Shown here: positions 50,428 to 63,200 of the stretch, piece by piece
How the letters are laid out: the number at the start of each line of letters is the position of its first letter
How positions within the stretch are numbered: position 1 is the stretch's first letter
Assembly (NCBI GenBank): GCA_964252035.1
Contig: OZ176202.1
Reading direction: 5' to 3' (one strand)
Length of the DNA stretch: 64,000 nt
Source of the DNA: Podarcis erhardii
Taxonomy: Eukaryota
Position numbers and translations under genes: made by a program
The notes under the pieces: generated by a model
The model's database searches: none
The model's input: only the letters and a program-made list of their open reading frames with translations
Told to the model about the DNA's origin: nothing

Positions 50428-51139
50428 TCCTCAGCATCCTGAACTAACTACAGTTCCAAGGACTCTTTGGGGGAAGTCATAGTTGTTAACAGTGACATAA
50501 AAGTGCTTTAAATGTGATACTAGCCTGCCTGTGCTGTGAAGGATGCTTATCTCATTGCCTTACAATCTATCCCTACAACAGCGAAAGCAGGGAGATGCAA
50601 TCCAATCCTTAAGCCAGCCCTTAGCAACAACCATTTTTTGTTCACAGACTCAGTTCCCTGCATGGTATAAATTTCCCATTTTTGGACAATGGGAAGAAAT
50701 CCCTACATAACCTTGAAATGCAAAAGAACACTCTGTTAATGCTTCAAGACAAACTATTTCACGGCCATTTTCATAGGCATCTTATGGATGGATTCAGGCA
50801 TCTGAACTTGGGTGGATAAAAGTTTGTGGCACAGGTAAGTCTTGACAATGCCACAAGCCTGTTCATTGCTGCAATGTACCAACACAACCACTCCTCTTCT
50901 GGAATTTCTCATAGGAGATTCTGGTAACTGTATGTTTCCCGCCGCAGATGGGAAAACAGCTAGGGGACTGGAAAGCAGGTCAAGAGGAAAAGGGGTATTC
51001 AGCCCTTCCCCTACTCCTTTGCTTTGAAAGCCGCTTATTGTTTTAAAAATATGTTGAGGAAAAGATGCACATGATATGTCTTTGGACCAGGGAAAGTGGC
51101 TCATTAGTTCATCAGTATTGTCTCACTGGTCACTGCTTT

Positions 51140-51250
51140 TCAGCCAGGATTTCAATCTCTTCCAGGCAGTCCTAGTGGAGATGCGAGGGTTGGAATCTGG
51201 GACCTTCTACATGCAGGGCAAATTCTCTACTGAGAATTTGAGCTACTGAG
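51140..51250 (-). mobile_element. Squam3-like SINE fragment
   Basis: ggagatgcgagggttggaatctgggaccttctacatgcag is the reverse complement of the head. Confidence 0.55.
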
Positions 51251-51420
51251 CAGGAGAGTAGCTGGATAAGGTGAGGCACCCGTGTGGTGTTCCTTTGGCC
51301 TCGATGGGACCCTGATGCAGAAATAGCAGTTGTGCTGTTGGCCTTAGGAATCTGCTCCCATAGTGCTCTGTGTTTATGTTGCCAGACAAGCTGATATTAC
51401 AAAGCGACTATACAAAGTAC

Positions 51421-51775
51421 GGGACGTGGGTGGCGCTGTGGTCTAAACCACAGAGCCTAGGGCTTGCTGATCAGAAGGTTGGTGATTCAAATCCCTGCAA
51501 CGGGGTGAGCTCCTGTTGCTTGGTCCCTGCTCCTGTAAACCTAGCAGTTCAAAAGCACATCCAAGTGCAAGTAGATAAATAGGTACCACTCTGGCAGGAA
51601 GGTAAACAGCGTTTCCGTGCGCTGCTCTGGTTCACCAGAAGTGGCTTAGTCATGCTGGCCACATGACCCGGAAGCTGTATGCCGGCTCCCTTGGCCAGTA
51701 AAGTGAGATGAGTTCCGCAACCCCAGAGTCGTCCACGACTGGACCTAATGGTCAGGGGTCCTTTTACCTTTATCT
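51421..51775 (+). mobile_element. Sauria SINE, full length
   Basis: gggacgtgggtggcgctgtggtctaaacc...ggtcaggggtccttttacctttatc. Confidence 0.92.
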
Positions 51776-52589
51776 TTATACAAACTATGCAGGGTTTGCT
51801 TTCATCAAAAGCAAACTAACTTTTGTAGCAGTTCCCTAGAACTTGCTTCTCAAGGAAGCGGAGAGCACTTTCCTAGGCAGCTGCCATGGAAACTTCCACC
51901 TCCCCAATTTAGGGACTGGTAAGTGCAATACCCCCCCTTCGTGTGCTTTCAACTCTTCCCTGTTCCCAGCATCTGCTACTCTGAGGTAGGCTGTTCTTAA
52001 CAGGGAGGCTCTGCTTAGCTATCAGCCTAGTGAAAGAACAGTTCTCTTGGAACTTAATACAAATTAACCTAAGGAAGTTCAGGCAAGAAAACTTTCTTAT
52101 TTCCTCCTTTCCTCTGCAACCATTGTGCCCCATAAAAATCCTCTCTGGCTAGTAAAGGGTCCCTCCTGGACAATGTCAGATGGGGCACAACAAGGAGACT
52201 GGTAGAGGAAAACCTAAGAAAGTTCACAGAAGGAAAGTTTCGCTTCCTTCCCACTGCAGCCCCACGGCACAAGATTCAGAAGGGAACCCCGGAGCCACCA
52301 AAATGATTTTTAGGATCCAAGTCTGTGAATTACATGAATTCACCTAACTCATAGATCTGGTTACTGCATTCGCTTGGGTGACTTGAAAAGGGATGAGATG
52401 CTCTTTAAAAGTCATCCAAGCTAATGCTGTAAACAGAACGCATGGCAATGAAATATCGAAGTTGATTATGGTCCTGTGAAAAAAGGAGTACCATTTGTTC
52501 CTGCTGTTCAGAACCCAGTTTTATTGGATGACCTTGAAATCTATTGTTTTAGAGAGAAAGAGTTCCATTCTCTCTTCTCTCTTTTTCTT

Positions 52590-53370
52590 TCCACACTACG
52601 CATAATTTTATAAACCTCTGTCATGTTCCCACTCAGATGTTCTTCTCGAAGTGAAAATTCTCCAGCCCCTTCAACCTTTCTTTATATGGTGTTCCAAACC
52701 CTTTGTTCAATTTAGTTGACCCTTTTTATACATATATATCTTTTCCAACTCCGCAGTATCCTTTTAAAGAGGGAATAAACAGAAATGAGCACATATTGTA
52801 AATGCAGATGCATGACAGATTTATAGAACGGCATTACAGTGCTCCCCATTTCATTTCCAGTCCTCTTCCTAGTAATTCCTAACACTGAATGTGCCTTTCC
52901 CCCCTTTCCGCTTCACCGCATCGAACTGACATTTCAAATGAGTTTTCTATTATGATCCCCATATCTCCTTCTTGAGTAATTACTTCTAATTTAAACCCTG
53001 TTGGGACAAGTATATAAAGTCAGACGTAGGTATCTTTTGTCCCAATGCACATCACTTAACTGTGAATTTCGTCTGCTGTTCTGTTACCTAGTCGCTCAGT
53101 TTGAAGGTATTTATTTGTGGCTTTCCATAGGATTAGCATTTTATCAGTCCAAATAATGAGATGTCCTCACCACTTGACTACCTCACTGTTAATACTGACT
53201 GCAGATCACTCATGGCGGAATTTAACAACCACTGGTCTCAGTTCAGCTCTTTTCAGCAGACTCCACTGTATACTTTTTACCACTGTGGAAACAGTAAATA
53301 ACCTTCCTTTGTTCAGCCATCAGCTTTAACTCATTTCCAAAGACCCTGCATGCCAATGAAATGTGTAGTT
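52590..53370 (-). mobile_element. Ancient CR1 LINE RT fragment
   Basis: Degenerate match to CR1 reverse-strand motifs (ttttccaactcc..tatccttt, ttcctagtaattcctaacac, actgcagatcactcatg...actccact). Confidence 0.55.
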
Positions 53371-53657
53371 GTTACAAGTCCAGCAAAACTGTATATTTGA
53401 CCATACTGGGTTGGTCTAATTTCAACAGTGGTCTGGTCCGATAACTGGCATGATAATCTGACAGCAGTCTACTAGGCAGGGGCAAAGGATAGAGATGAAG
53501 AGAGGTGGGGAGGCAGGGATGGCCATGCCCACTGTTAACTCTGGCTCCACCCACTATTGGCATTGACCACGCCCCCTACCAGCATGCACCTCTCCCCCAC
53601 AGATTACCCTTTCTAAAGAAAAAAAGATTGCTGATCTTACCCTGCTCCCTGCCTATA

Positions 53658-53899
53658 CAGTGGTACCTCGGGTTACAGACGCTTCTGGTTACAGACGCTT
53701 CAGGTTACAGACTCCGCTAACCCAGAAATAGTACCTCAGGTTAAGAACTTTGCTTCAGGATGAGAACAGAAATCGTGCAGCAGAGGCACGGCGGCAGCGG
53801 GAGGCCCCATTACCTAAAGTGGTACCTCAGGTTAAGAACAGTTTCAGGTTAAGAATGGACCTCCAGAACGAATTAAGTTCTTAACCCGAGGTACCACTG
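53658..53899 (+). mobile_element. Tc1/mariner (Tigger/pogo-like) MITE
   Basis: TIR cagtggtacctcgggtta at both ends with TA TSD. Confidence 0.92.
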
Positions 53900-54004
53900 T
53901 AATAAATGATGTGATGTCTTGTGCACAAATTTTTGGGTCACATAGCAAATAGCATAAATGTCTTCAGAGTCTTCTTGTTTACTCCTATTTTTATGCCTTA
54001 AATA

Positions 54005-54036
<32 letters not shown>

Positions 54037-54409
54037 GCCCACAAACTAAACGGATTGTATTTATTTTCATTGAACAGGCAGGAAGACACAAAAGAAACAC
54101 TAGACACTTTGCCAACATTTTGAAAAGGAGACCATTAAAATTATTTTAATTTCAAAACATGCCTACGCAATTTATTCAGAAGTGTCAGGAAATGTTCTGT
54201 TGTCAATGAGATGCAACTAGCAAGATGTTTACATGCTGGATAGGTTTGAAGAAATGCGAGGCAGAATTCTAAGCAGCAGGAGTTGTTTTGGTTGGTTTGC
54301 GTGTTTTTTTAACACAGAGCTATAACAGAAAAACAATGTTTAAAGCTTCTCCATAAACTTTGTATGGGGTGTGTGGGGTGTTAGGGCAGGGGTAGTACTT
54401 CTGGTGGGG

Positions 54410-54885
54410 GACACATTGTGCTCCTTCTGGGGTTGTCTGTCCACCTTTGGTCCCCACCCTGCACTCAGCTCTCACCTGTGACTCCTAGAAGCTGTCAGCA
54501 TAAGACTGCAGGCACCCCCTGGGAACAACTTCGACTGGCTGGCTAAACCAGGTGAGGGTAGCCAATGAGTCTCAAACCCTTGGTGAGTTAGGGACTTCCC
54601 TGACATGCAAAGACAGGCTTCAGCAGATTGAGTGGACAAGACTGATAGTGGGACCAATGGTCAAGTTTTTGCATGTGCTATAGAGGGAAGTGAGGGACAG
54701 ACGGGGCTTGTCAACCTGGGAAGGTAGCCCATTCAGGAGAAGGAAAACTCTGATCCAAAACCTCTGCTCCCTTTTGGCTATTCATGAGAAAGTCTTCAGG
54801 AGTAAACCCCAATGAACAATCCGTACCCACTACCTTGTGGGACGTTTTCGGGAGAAGAAAGGGCTAAGGCGTAACCCCTGCATTG
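54410..54885 (+). mobile_element. Probable RTE/BovB 5' UTR fragment
   Basis: ggggcttgtcaacctgggaaggtagcccattcaggagaaggaaaactctg...ggagtaaacccc resembles lizard RTE 5' ends as I recall them. Confidence 0.5.
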
Positions 54886-56240
54886 TGGATAGCAGCTTTG
54901 TCCTTCATGAGTTTGTCTAATATTTTAAAGCCATCACTGTGAGAATAAGTTCCATAGTTTAACTATGATCTTCATGGGAAAGCACTTTCATCTGTCTTGA
55001 ATCTTCCAGCTTTCAGCTTCCCTGAATGTAGGGAGAAAAACTTTTCTCTATCCACTTTGCAGAACAGATCAACCTGGCACATGTTCTCTTTGCTAGGTAG
55101 GCTAGACTTGAGAGCAGGAGCAGACAGCCAGGAAGGGCACTGATGTGGACCTGGCCTCCGTTAGCAGCATCACTGCTCTGTGCCAAGATGGAGCTTGGGT
55201 AGGGTGGGGCAGAGAGCTGCAAGGCTGGGGTAGTACAGGTGCTCCAATGGAGCTACCTCAAGCAGGTCACGTCTTCCTGCCCTGCTTACTAGAGCAGGCC
55301 CTAATATCAGATTATGTGGTCCTCAAATGCCCTGACACCTGCCATCTATGCATCTACTGCCATTGCATATTCATGTATTTAATCTGAGGGAAAGGAAGAG
55401 GTAAATCATTCAGATCAGCAGGTGTCAAGTAAATCATAGTGATGTACAGAAAGATACACCTAGGCTATGTGAAAATAAATTTGGGTAATCCTGGTTTAAA
55501 CTGTACACGCACCAGGTTACAGACATTGGATTTTACAAGGGAAACAAACAAGGCAAGCTCCCTAGAGAGCAGGATCGTTGTATTTAGTCTATCCTAAGGT
55601 TCCTTATAGCACCAAGAATATCTTCTATGATATGTAATAAATACACATGAATATATGCACTATATTTAACTGCATATTTCGTTCTGCTTGGCTGACAGAA
55701 AATACTGTAAGGAGATTTGTTGTATGAAAGTAAAATAGAATGGGGGTTGCCATGCCCCGGGCAGGTTTTTGCGAAATGTAATCACTGCTAATCTGAAAAA
55801 TAATGAAAGGGGTCAGGAGGCATCACTGTGGATTGTATTTATCCCATAATATGTAATAATATAAACCTATATGAGAAACCACATCATAAAGTGTGCTGAC
55901 AAGGAGCCTGCTTTGGCCTGCTTTTATGTTACAAGCAAGCACATTGCTTTGTAAGGATAGGAACCTTGCAATTCTTCCTCTACTCTTTCCAAAAATCTTT
56001 TGAGACCATCAACCACTGGCCAAAGGGAAATGCTGTGCTAAAGTTCTATGTCCCTCTTCCTCCAGAAACTACAGTGTTCCTTTGCTGTGTACATTAATGT
56101 CTTCTCTCTCATGTGGCTTCCACAAGGTCACATGAATGAATCACTCTTCATGGAACAAAGTAGATTGGAAGGGAGGGGACAGAAAGGGAGTCAAGTCTTT
56201 GTAGGCCATAGTTGCACTTGAGTCAGATCTGTTAGAAATA

Positions 56241-56462
56241 CAGTGGTATCTCGGGTTAAGAACTTAATTCGTTCTGGAGGTCTGTACTTAACCTGAAACT
56301 GATCTTAACCTGAGGTACCACTTTAGCTAATGGGGCCTCCCGCTGCTGCCGCGCAGTGCTGGGCAATTTCTCTCATCCTGAAGCAAAGTTCTTAACCTGA
56401 GGTACTATTTCTGGGTTAGCGGAGTCTGTAACCTGAAGCGTCTGCAACCCGAGGTACCACTG
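56241..56462 (-). mobile_element. Tc1/mariner (Tigger/pogo-like) MITE
   Basis: Same TIRs as the other copies, with TA TSD. Confidence 0.9.
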
Positions 56463-57278
56463 TAAAGCAGCACTCAGAGAATAAAACCAGGGCATTTTTA
56501 TTTTTGATTTATTGGCCAGGGGAAATAACAAGCTGTGGACCATGATTAGAGAGAACCAGATGGTAGTGTGTAAAGAGGACACAGGCTGCTTCTTTGCTGC
56601 CGCCGTTCTGTCCTCTGCTGCCATAACCGCTGTAACTCTGCTCCCTCTGCATCTGACAGCAGCAGGGTCTCCGTCTGTGCCAGGAGAGATGAGTCAGTTT
56701 CACATGCATTGCTTCCGTGCCGAGGGAGAAACCCAGTTGCTTCTTTTACTTACTTCATGCCAGGTTCAAAGTGAGCAGCTTTCCACCTTTGATTCAAGCA
56801 TTCCTTTGCTCTTTCCATACCCTTTAAAGAACTCAAGTTGCAGACAGAAATAAGTGTTATCATGTTGTTTGGGAATGTGTTATGGCAATGCTGACCCAAC
56901 GAGGTGAACTACACATTTGGAACATGCCAACAGTAATATATGCTTGCACGGCGACATCACAGTGAAGTGCGAACCTGAGATCTGATAGGCAGAAGTGTGA
57001 TGTGTTAGGGACAAGACTGGCATGAGTGGTGAAGCCATACTGTGCCGCTTCTCAGTGCCTTGGGAGGGGGCACGGTTGAACTGGTTGCCCTCCAGATATT
57101 ACTGGACTACAACATCCATCATGCCTGGTCATTGACTATGCTGGCTAGGGCTGATGGAAGCTGGAGTCCAACAACAAATACCCAAACAGCATAATTCTCT
57201 TGTACTCTCGGTAAGTAACTGATCCTGCAAAAATATGCCCTTAATGTCTTAGTTTTGGGGGAAGTGTGAGTGTGAATA

Positions 57279-57876
57279 TGACAATGACTGGCTGGATGCA
57301 GAAGAGTGGTGGGAAGCACCAGCTGGGGAACGCTCAAGGGAAGAAGGCTCAGAGTCAGGGAATTGGTGGTGGGATGACAATAAGCGGTCAGAGGGAGAAG
57401 AGGGGGCAGACTGGGAGGAGTAGGTGTTGGAAGCTGAAGAGGCAACAGGGTTTAATGAGCAGGAAGAGCCTGTGACAGAGAGCAGTGCAGGCTCAAAAAC
57501 AGAAGAGGAGGCTGGAGAGGAGAGGGCCCAAGAGGTAGAGATGAGGCAGGCTGCTGAAGAATCTAGGGAGTCTCCCCCTCCTGCTGTGACCAGCTCCCCT
57601 CCATGCTGGTCTCCCAGAACACACAGAGGTATGAAGAGAGTAGAGCAAAGAGATACAAGGTGACAGAGCCTTAGGCTGCTAGGGGAGGAACTGGGAAACG
57701 AGCCTTAGAGAGCGGTGAGAAGGCAGGGACCTTTAGTCCTCACAACTGCCTTATTGGGGCAAGACCTACCAGGAAGAATTGCTGTGATCACTAGGCCTGT
57801 GCTGTTTTGGTTTCTTTGAATAAAGAGTTAACTTCACAGACACAGGTGTTTTTTTATTGCTGACCTACTCCTGACA
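57279..57876 (+). mobile_element. Solo LTR, family A (Gypsy-like)
   Basis: Homologous to 44241-44818; AATAAA at about 57819; ends cctgaca. No clear TSD. Confidence 0.75.
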
Positions 57877-57955
57877 ATTCATGGCTCAGAGAGTTGCTGG
57901 CAAATGACCATAGGCTCAAAGCAGCTCAACTGACAAAGGAGCAAACTATGAAGGC

Positions 57956-58530
57956 TGTGATGGCCTGGGATTCCGATTCAGAGGCTGAACCAGAGGAATC
58001 CCAGCCTGCACAGGAGTCCCCGCCTCAGGGGGGGCGGCTGAACTGGGGCAGGGCCTTGATTCTGAAGCGCCTGCACCTGTGCCGGATCCTCAGGAGCAGG
58101 CACCAGGTGATTCCACTCTGGCTCCAGAGGTGGTTGAGGACTCAGTGCCTGCAGGTGAGTCTCCCCCTGGGCCCAGTAACCCTTCAGCCTCTCCTGAACT
58201 GCAGAGGCTCAGGGCAGAGAGGTGAAGGGAACTGGTTTCTCCCAGGAGGAGTGCTCGCCTTAAGGCCAGGAGAGGCGGGTCTCCTGGGGGCCAGGACCAC
58301 CCCTGGCCTCAGAGAAGATAAAGGCCAGTCAGCCCGGTCCCAGGTTGCGGGAGCAACGTCGATGAAGAGCTGTTTCGGCCAGCATCCAGTCCTGTTCCTC
58401 CAGTGTTCCTGTCCCCGCCCGGCTTCCTGCTTCGGACCTCGCCCCGCTCCTTCGGAACTCTTTCCAGGCTATTGACCCAGGACCGGACTTTGACTACGCC
58501 AATGGTAACCTTCCCCCCGGGACCAGCACA
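57956..58530 (+). mobile_element. Solo LTR, family B (575 bp)
   Basis: TGTG...CACA termini, exact 5-bp TSD aaggc, TATA-like agataaagg, relatively CpG-rich (young). Confidence 0.9.
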
Positions 58531-58602
58531 AAGGCACTGAATTGCACCATCTTCTATCTTGAACCAAGAGACACTGTGTTGTATAAGGAGATTTATTTTA
58601 AG

Positions 58603-58774
58603 TAGGAAGCTGCTGTTTTACTGAGTCAGACGGTTGGTCCATCAAGCTCAGTGCTGTCTATACTGGCAGGGGCTCTCTGAGGTTTCAGACAGGAAGTCTC
58701 CCCCAGCCCAACCTGAAGATACCATGGGACCTTCTGCATGCAAAGGCTCCACCCCTCAGCCATAGCCCTTCCCC
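58603..58774 (-). mobile_element. Squam3-like SINE
   Basis: taggaagctgc...actgagtcagac...gggaccttctgcatgcaaa...catagcccttcccc. Confidence 0.8.
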
Positions 58775-60228
58775 TCATGTGGTACAGTCTCAGTGAGGTG
58801 CAATTCTGCATTGAAAATTATTGTTGGTACAGCAACTGCAGTCTGAGAGAGTATTGGGGGAAAGCCAGGAGAAACTGGCCTGATTTTCCTTAAGGCATGG
58901 TGCCAAATTAGGTGTGATGTTAATCATGTGGCTGGTCTTTGCCTGTTTGCTTTCTGCTCACTAAATAGCAGCTGCACACCATCCACCCCTGAATTCATGA
59001 TTGTGATGCAGGGGGAAAAATACTTTTCCCTTATGAGGCAGGGGAAAACAATATCCATTCCAACCTAAGTGATTCTGTGTCTCATACCTCCTCCTCCTCA
59101 TTTGCCAGAAATAAAAACTTTCCAACCAGTGGAGAAAGAGAGGGGCATGTGAGAGGCAAGAGAGAGAGCGAGCCAGGAATGATGGGGAAGGCCTCCTCAT
59201 AGGCTTGGTTTGTGGCCCCCGGATTCTCTTGCTTTCTTTGTCTTGCTTGAAAGGCCCTGTTCTGACAAACAGAGCAGCAGGTCCCGAGGCATGCCCAAGC
59301 AACTATCTCTTAATTTAGGGGGGCTCTGAGTGTTCATTGAAAGAAAAATGCTTCTAAACAGGTAGGCACAGTAGAATTAATTGCCAATGACCACTCACTA
59401 GAGAACTTTGGGCAGGCTCCGAAGTGGAGCTAAACACTGTCAAAGGAAACCTTTCACAACTCACGAAACTGGCCCTGGAAGTCCGGGTCCTGGGTCAATC
59501 CAGAGCTGAATTTATGATTTGTAAAAATGTCAAAACCCAAGCCTATACTAAGAAAACAGCATGCACTTTTCACCTTACAGGATGACTTTTTATTATTGTT
59601 ATTTGCCACAGGGTGGAGAGGGAAAGGTGCAATCTTTATTTTATTTTATTTTTTATCTAACAGAAGCCTGCATCTCAGAACACACACACACAGACACACA
59701 CACACACACACACAAAACACACACACACACACACGTATATTGCTTGTTCTCTTATATTATGTCATTTCTCTTCCTTCTTGGCCGTGCCATTTCTGGGTTG
59801 ACAAGGCAACAGTGTGCATTGTGTAAATAAAGTTTGTTCTTCTTTTGAAGTATTTGGGAAGGCTTTGAAAATCTGGCTGCAGCTGTTCCCAATAATCTCA
59901 ACTTTCTGCTCTATTTCTCTGGTTAACCTTGCTGACTCAAAACAACAATAACAAAAAACAAAAAATGTAGCCTGAAGGAAACAGTGCTAGCTGCTTTCTT
60001 CACTTTCCTGTGGCATATTTACTGGAGATTTTCTGTACAGATCTTTGATGTCCGTTGCTCTTTCTCTGCAAGGATTCCCATAGAGACAGGGAAGAGCTCA
60101 CACAAGTGAGTTTCCACAGGCAGAAAGGTGGGAAGCCTGACGGCCTCCTCCACATTCAAACCATCAGAGAGGCAGAGGCAAGGGGCTAATAATATGCCAA
60201 AAGATATTCCTCCCCCCCCCCTCTCTCT

Positions 60229-63200
60229 GTGTGTGTATTTATGAAGATCTGGCTACATTTCTTCTATGAACGAAAGCAGCATCAATACAGCATTACTTCT
60301 GCATCCGATCTAAAATGTTATGGCTGCAGGAAATCGGAATTTTACAAGAAGTTGCATGAGATTATGCTGGACTATCTGGACTACAACAACATCATTATGA
60401 TGGGAGATATGAATGGGGTCGTATCGACAAACATGGATAAGTCACAAAATCAAAATGTTACAAAAGACGGCAGACTGCCAAAGACATTTTTTGAAATGGT
60501 TGACAATATGGACTGGATTGACATTTGGAGAACTAAGAACCCCCTGGGAAGAGAGGGAACATTCTTCTCTGAAGCCCAACTGACTTGGACAAGAATCGAC
60601 CAAATATGGATATCTAGAGGTCTGGCACCCAAGGTCAGAAAAGTGGAAATCTGCCCAAAGACCTGCTCCGACCATAATGCACTGAAGATGGATATGACAC
60701 TTTTGCCAACCGGCTCCTTTAGATGGAAGATGAATGATAGCTTGTTTAGAGATCAGGAGATTGTCAAGAAGGCCCAAAAAACTCTGAAGGACTATTTTGA
60801 AATAAATATGAACACTACGGTGGAAAAAAGAACTATCTGGGACGCAAGCAAAGCTGTGATGAGGGGGTTCTTGATACAACAGAACACTGTAAAGAAAAGA
60901 ACACAAAATGAAAGGAAGGATAAGATTTTGCAGAAAATCAAAGAATTGGAGAAGAAATTAAGATCAAATCCGAAGTCACAGCCGATTCTGAGAGAAATTA
61001 AACTGTATCAAGCTCAATATTCCAAATTGATAAACCAAGAAATAGAATGGAAGATTAAATTAATGAAACAAAAAACTTTTGAATCGGCAAACAAATGTGG
61101 GAAACTGCTAGCTTGGCAGTTGAAGAAGAGACAGAAACTAAATACAGTTACAAATTTAGAAATTGAAGGAAGAAATATCCAGAACCCCATGGAAATTAGA
61201 AAGTGCTTCCAGAGATACTTTAAAAAATTATACACTCAAGGGCCGCAAGATGAGGTTGAGATTAAACAATTTTTGGAAAGAAATGGACTAACAAAGTTGT
61301 CACAAAAAAACAGATTAATCCTGAACAACAAAATAACACAGCAAGAGATTGAACAAGCTATCCAGAACATGCAAGTGGGCAAATCTCCAGGGCCAGACGG
61401 TCTGACCTCCAAGTATTATAAGACATTAAAAGACTATCTGATCCAACCATTGATGGAGGTCTGTAATGAAATTATGGAAGGGAAGAAGGCGCCGGAATCG
61501 TGGAAGGAAGCTTTTATCACATTGATACCAAAATCTGAAGCTGAAAAGACACAACTTAAAAACTATCGTCCCATCTCCCTTCTGAATGTGGATTACAAAA
61601 TATTTGCAGACATTTTGGCAAGTAGATTTAAAAGAGTTCTTAATGAAGTAATTCATAAAGACCAGGCAGGCTTTCTCCCAGGCAGACATATGTTTGCAAA
61701 TACTAGGAACATTATTGACGTTTTGGAACTTTTGCAAACAGATATAAATACAAAAGCAGTGTTAATTTTTATAGACGCGGAGAAGGCCTTTGACAATATC
61801 TCTTGGAAATTTATGAAGGGAAATTTGAATGAAATGGGAGTGGGACGGGGGTTTGAGAATGGGATTGACGCAATATATTCAGAACAAAAGGCTAAACTAA
61901 TAGTTAACAATGTGGTCACAGAAGAGTTCAAAATTGAAAAAGGAACACGACAAGGCTGCCCGATTTCCCCTTTGTTATTTATTTCGGTTCTGGAGGTGCT
62001 CTTGAACTTGATCAGAGGGGACCGGTTGGTGGAAGGGATTCAGGTCGGAGCGAAACAATATAAATTGAAAGCTTTTGCAGATGACCTAGTTTTGACTCTG
62101 CAGGAGCCAGAATCTAGTACGAAAAGAGTATTACAACTGATACAGGATTTTGGTCGAGTGGCAGGATTTAAATTAAATAAACAGAAAACTAAAGTGTTGG
62201 GAAAAAATTTGACAGATATAGAGTCGGAAAGGTTTCAGAGAGAAACAGAACTAACTATGGTTAAAAAAGTAAAATACCTAGGGGTAAACATAACAGCAAA
62301 AAACCTGAGTCTATTTAAGGATAATTATGAAAAATGTTGGTCTGAAATTAAGAGAGACTTGGATAGTTGGACAAAATTGAAGCTTTCTTTGTTAGGCCGA
62401 ATTGCTGCTATCAAGATGAATGTATTGCCAAAAATGTTGTTTTTGTTTCAAACATTACAGATTGTGGACAAAACGGAGTGCTTCCGGAAGTGGCAGAAAG
62501 ATATATCCAGATTTGTCTGGCAGGGCAAAAAGCCCAGAATTAAGTTTAAGATATTAACAGATGCGAAAGAAAGAGGGGGCTTTGCCCTGCCAGACTTAAA
62601 GTTGTACTATGAAGCCGCAGCTTTTTGCTGGCTAAAAGACTGGCTACTTCTCGAAGACACTGACGTGTTGGACTTGGAAGGTTTTAACAATGCTTTTGGT
62701 TGGCATGCATACTTATGGTATGATAAAGTTAAGATCAATAAGGTCTTTAAGAACCATATTGTCAGGAAAGCAGTGTTTAATGTCTGGACAAAATACAAAG
62801 ACTTACTGGAAAATAAAACTCCAAGGTGGCTCTCACCTCTGGAGGCTAAGGCCCTAAAAAGACCCAATATGGAGGCTAAATGGCCAAAATATTGGGAAAT
62901 ATTAGAAAAAGATGGAGACAATTGGAAATTGCAGAGTTTAGAGAAAATGAAGGATAAGGTGCGAGACTGGTTACATTATGCTCAGATTAAAGAAGTTTTT
63001 AAAAATGATAAAAAGTTAGGGTTCCAGGTGGAGAAATCGAAGTTAGAAACTGAATTGTTAGAACCAAAGACTAAGGTATTATCTAGAATGTATAACTTGC
63101 TGTTAAAATGGAATACACAAGACGAAATGGTTAAATCGGCTATGATAAAATGGGCACAGGACATTGGGCATAACATTATGTTTGAGGACTGGGAAAGGTT

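Noticed and set aside
57894-58475. 193-aa ORF as given in the track
   Set aside because: It begins outside the LTR and, after the G-run, follows what is probably the wrong frame. The alternative reconstruction is given in the findings.
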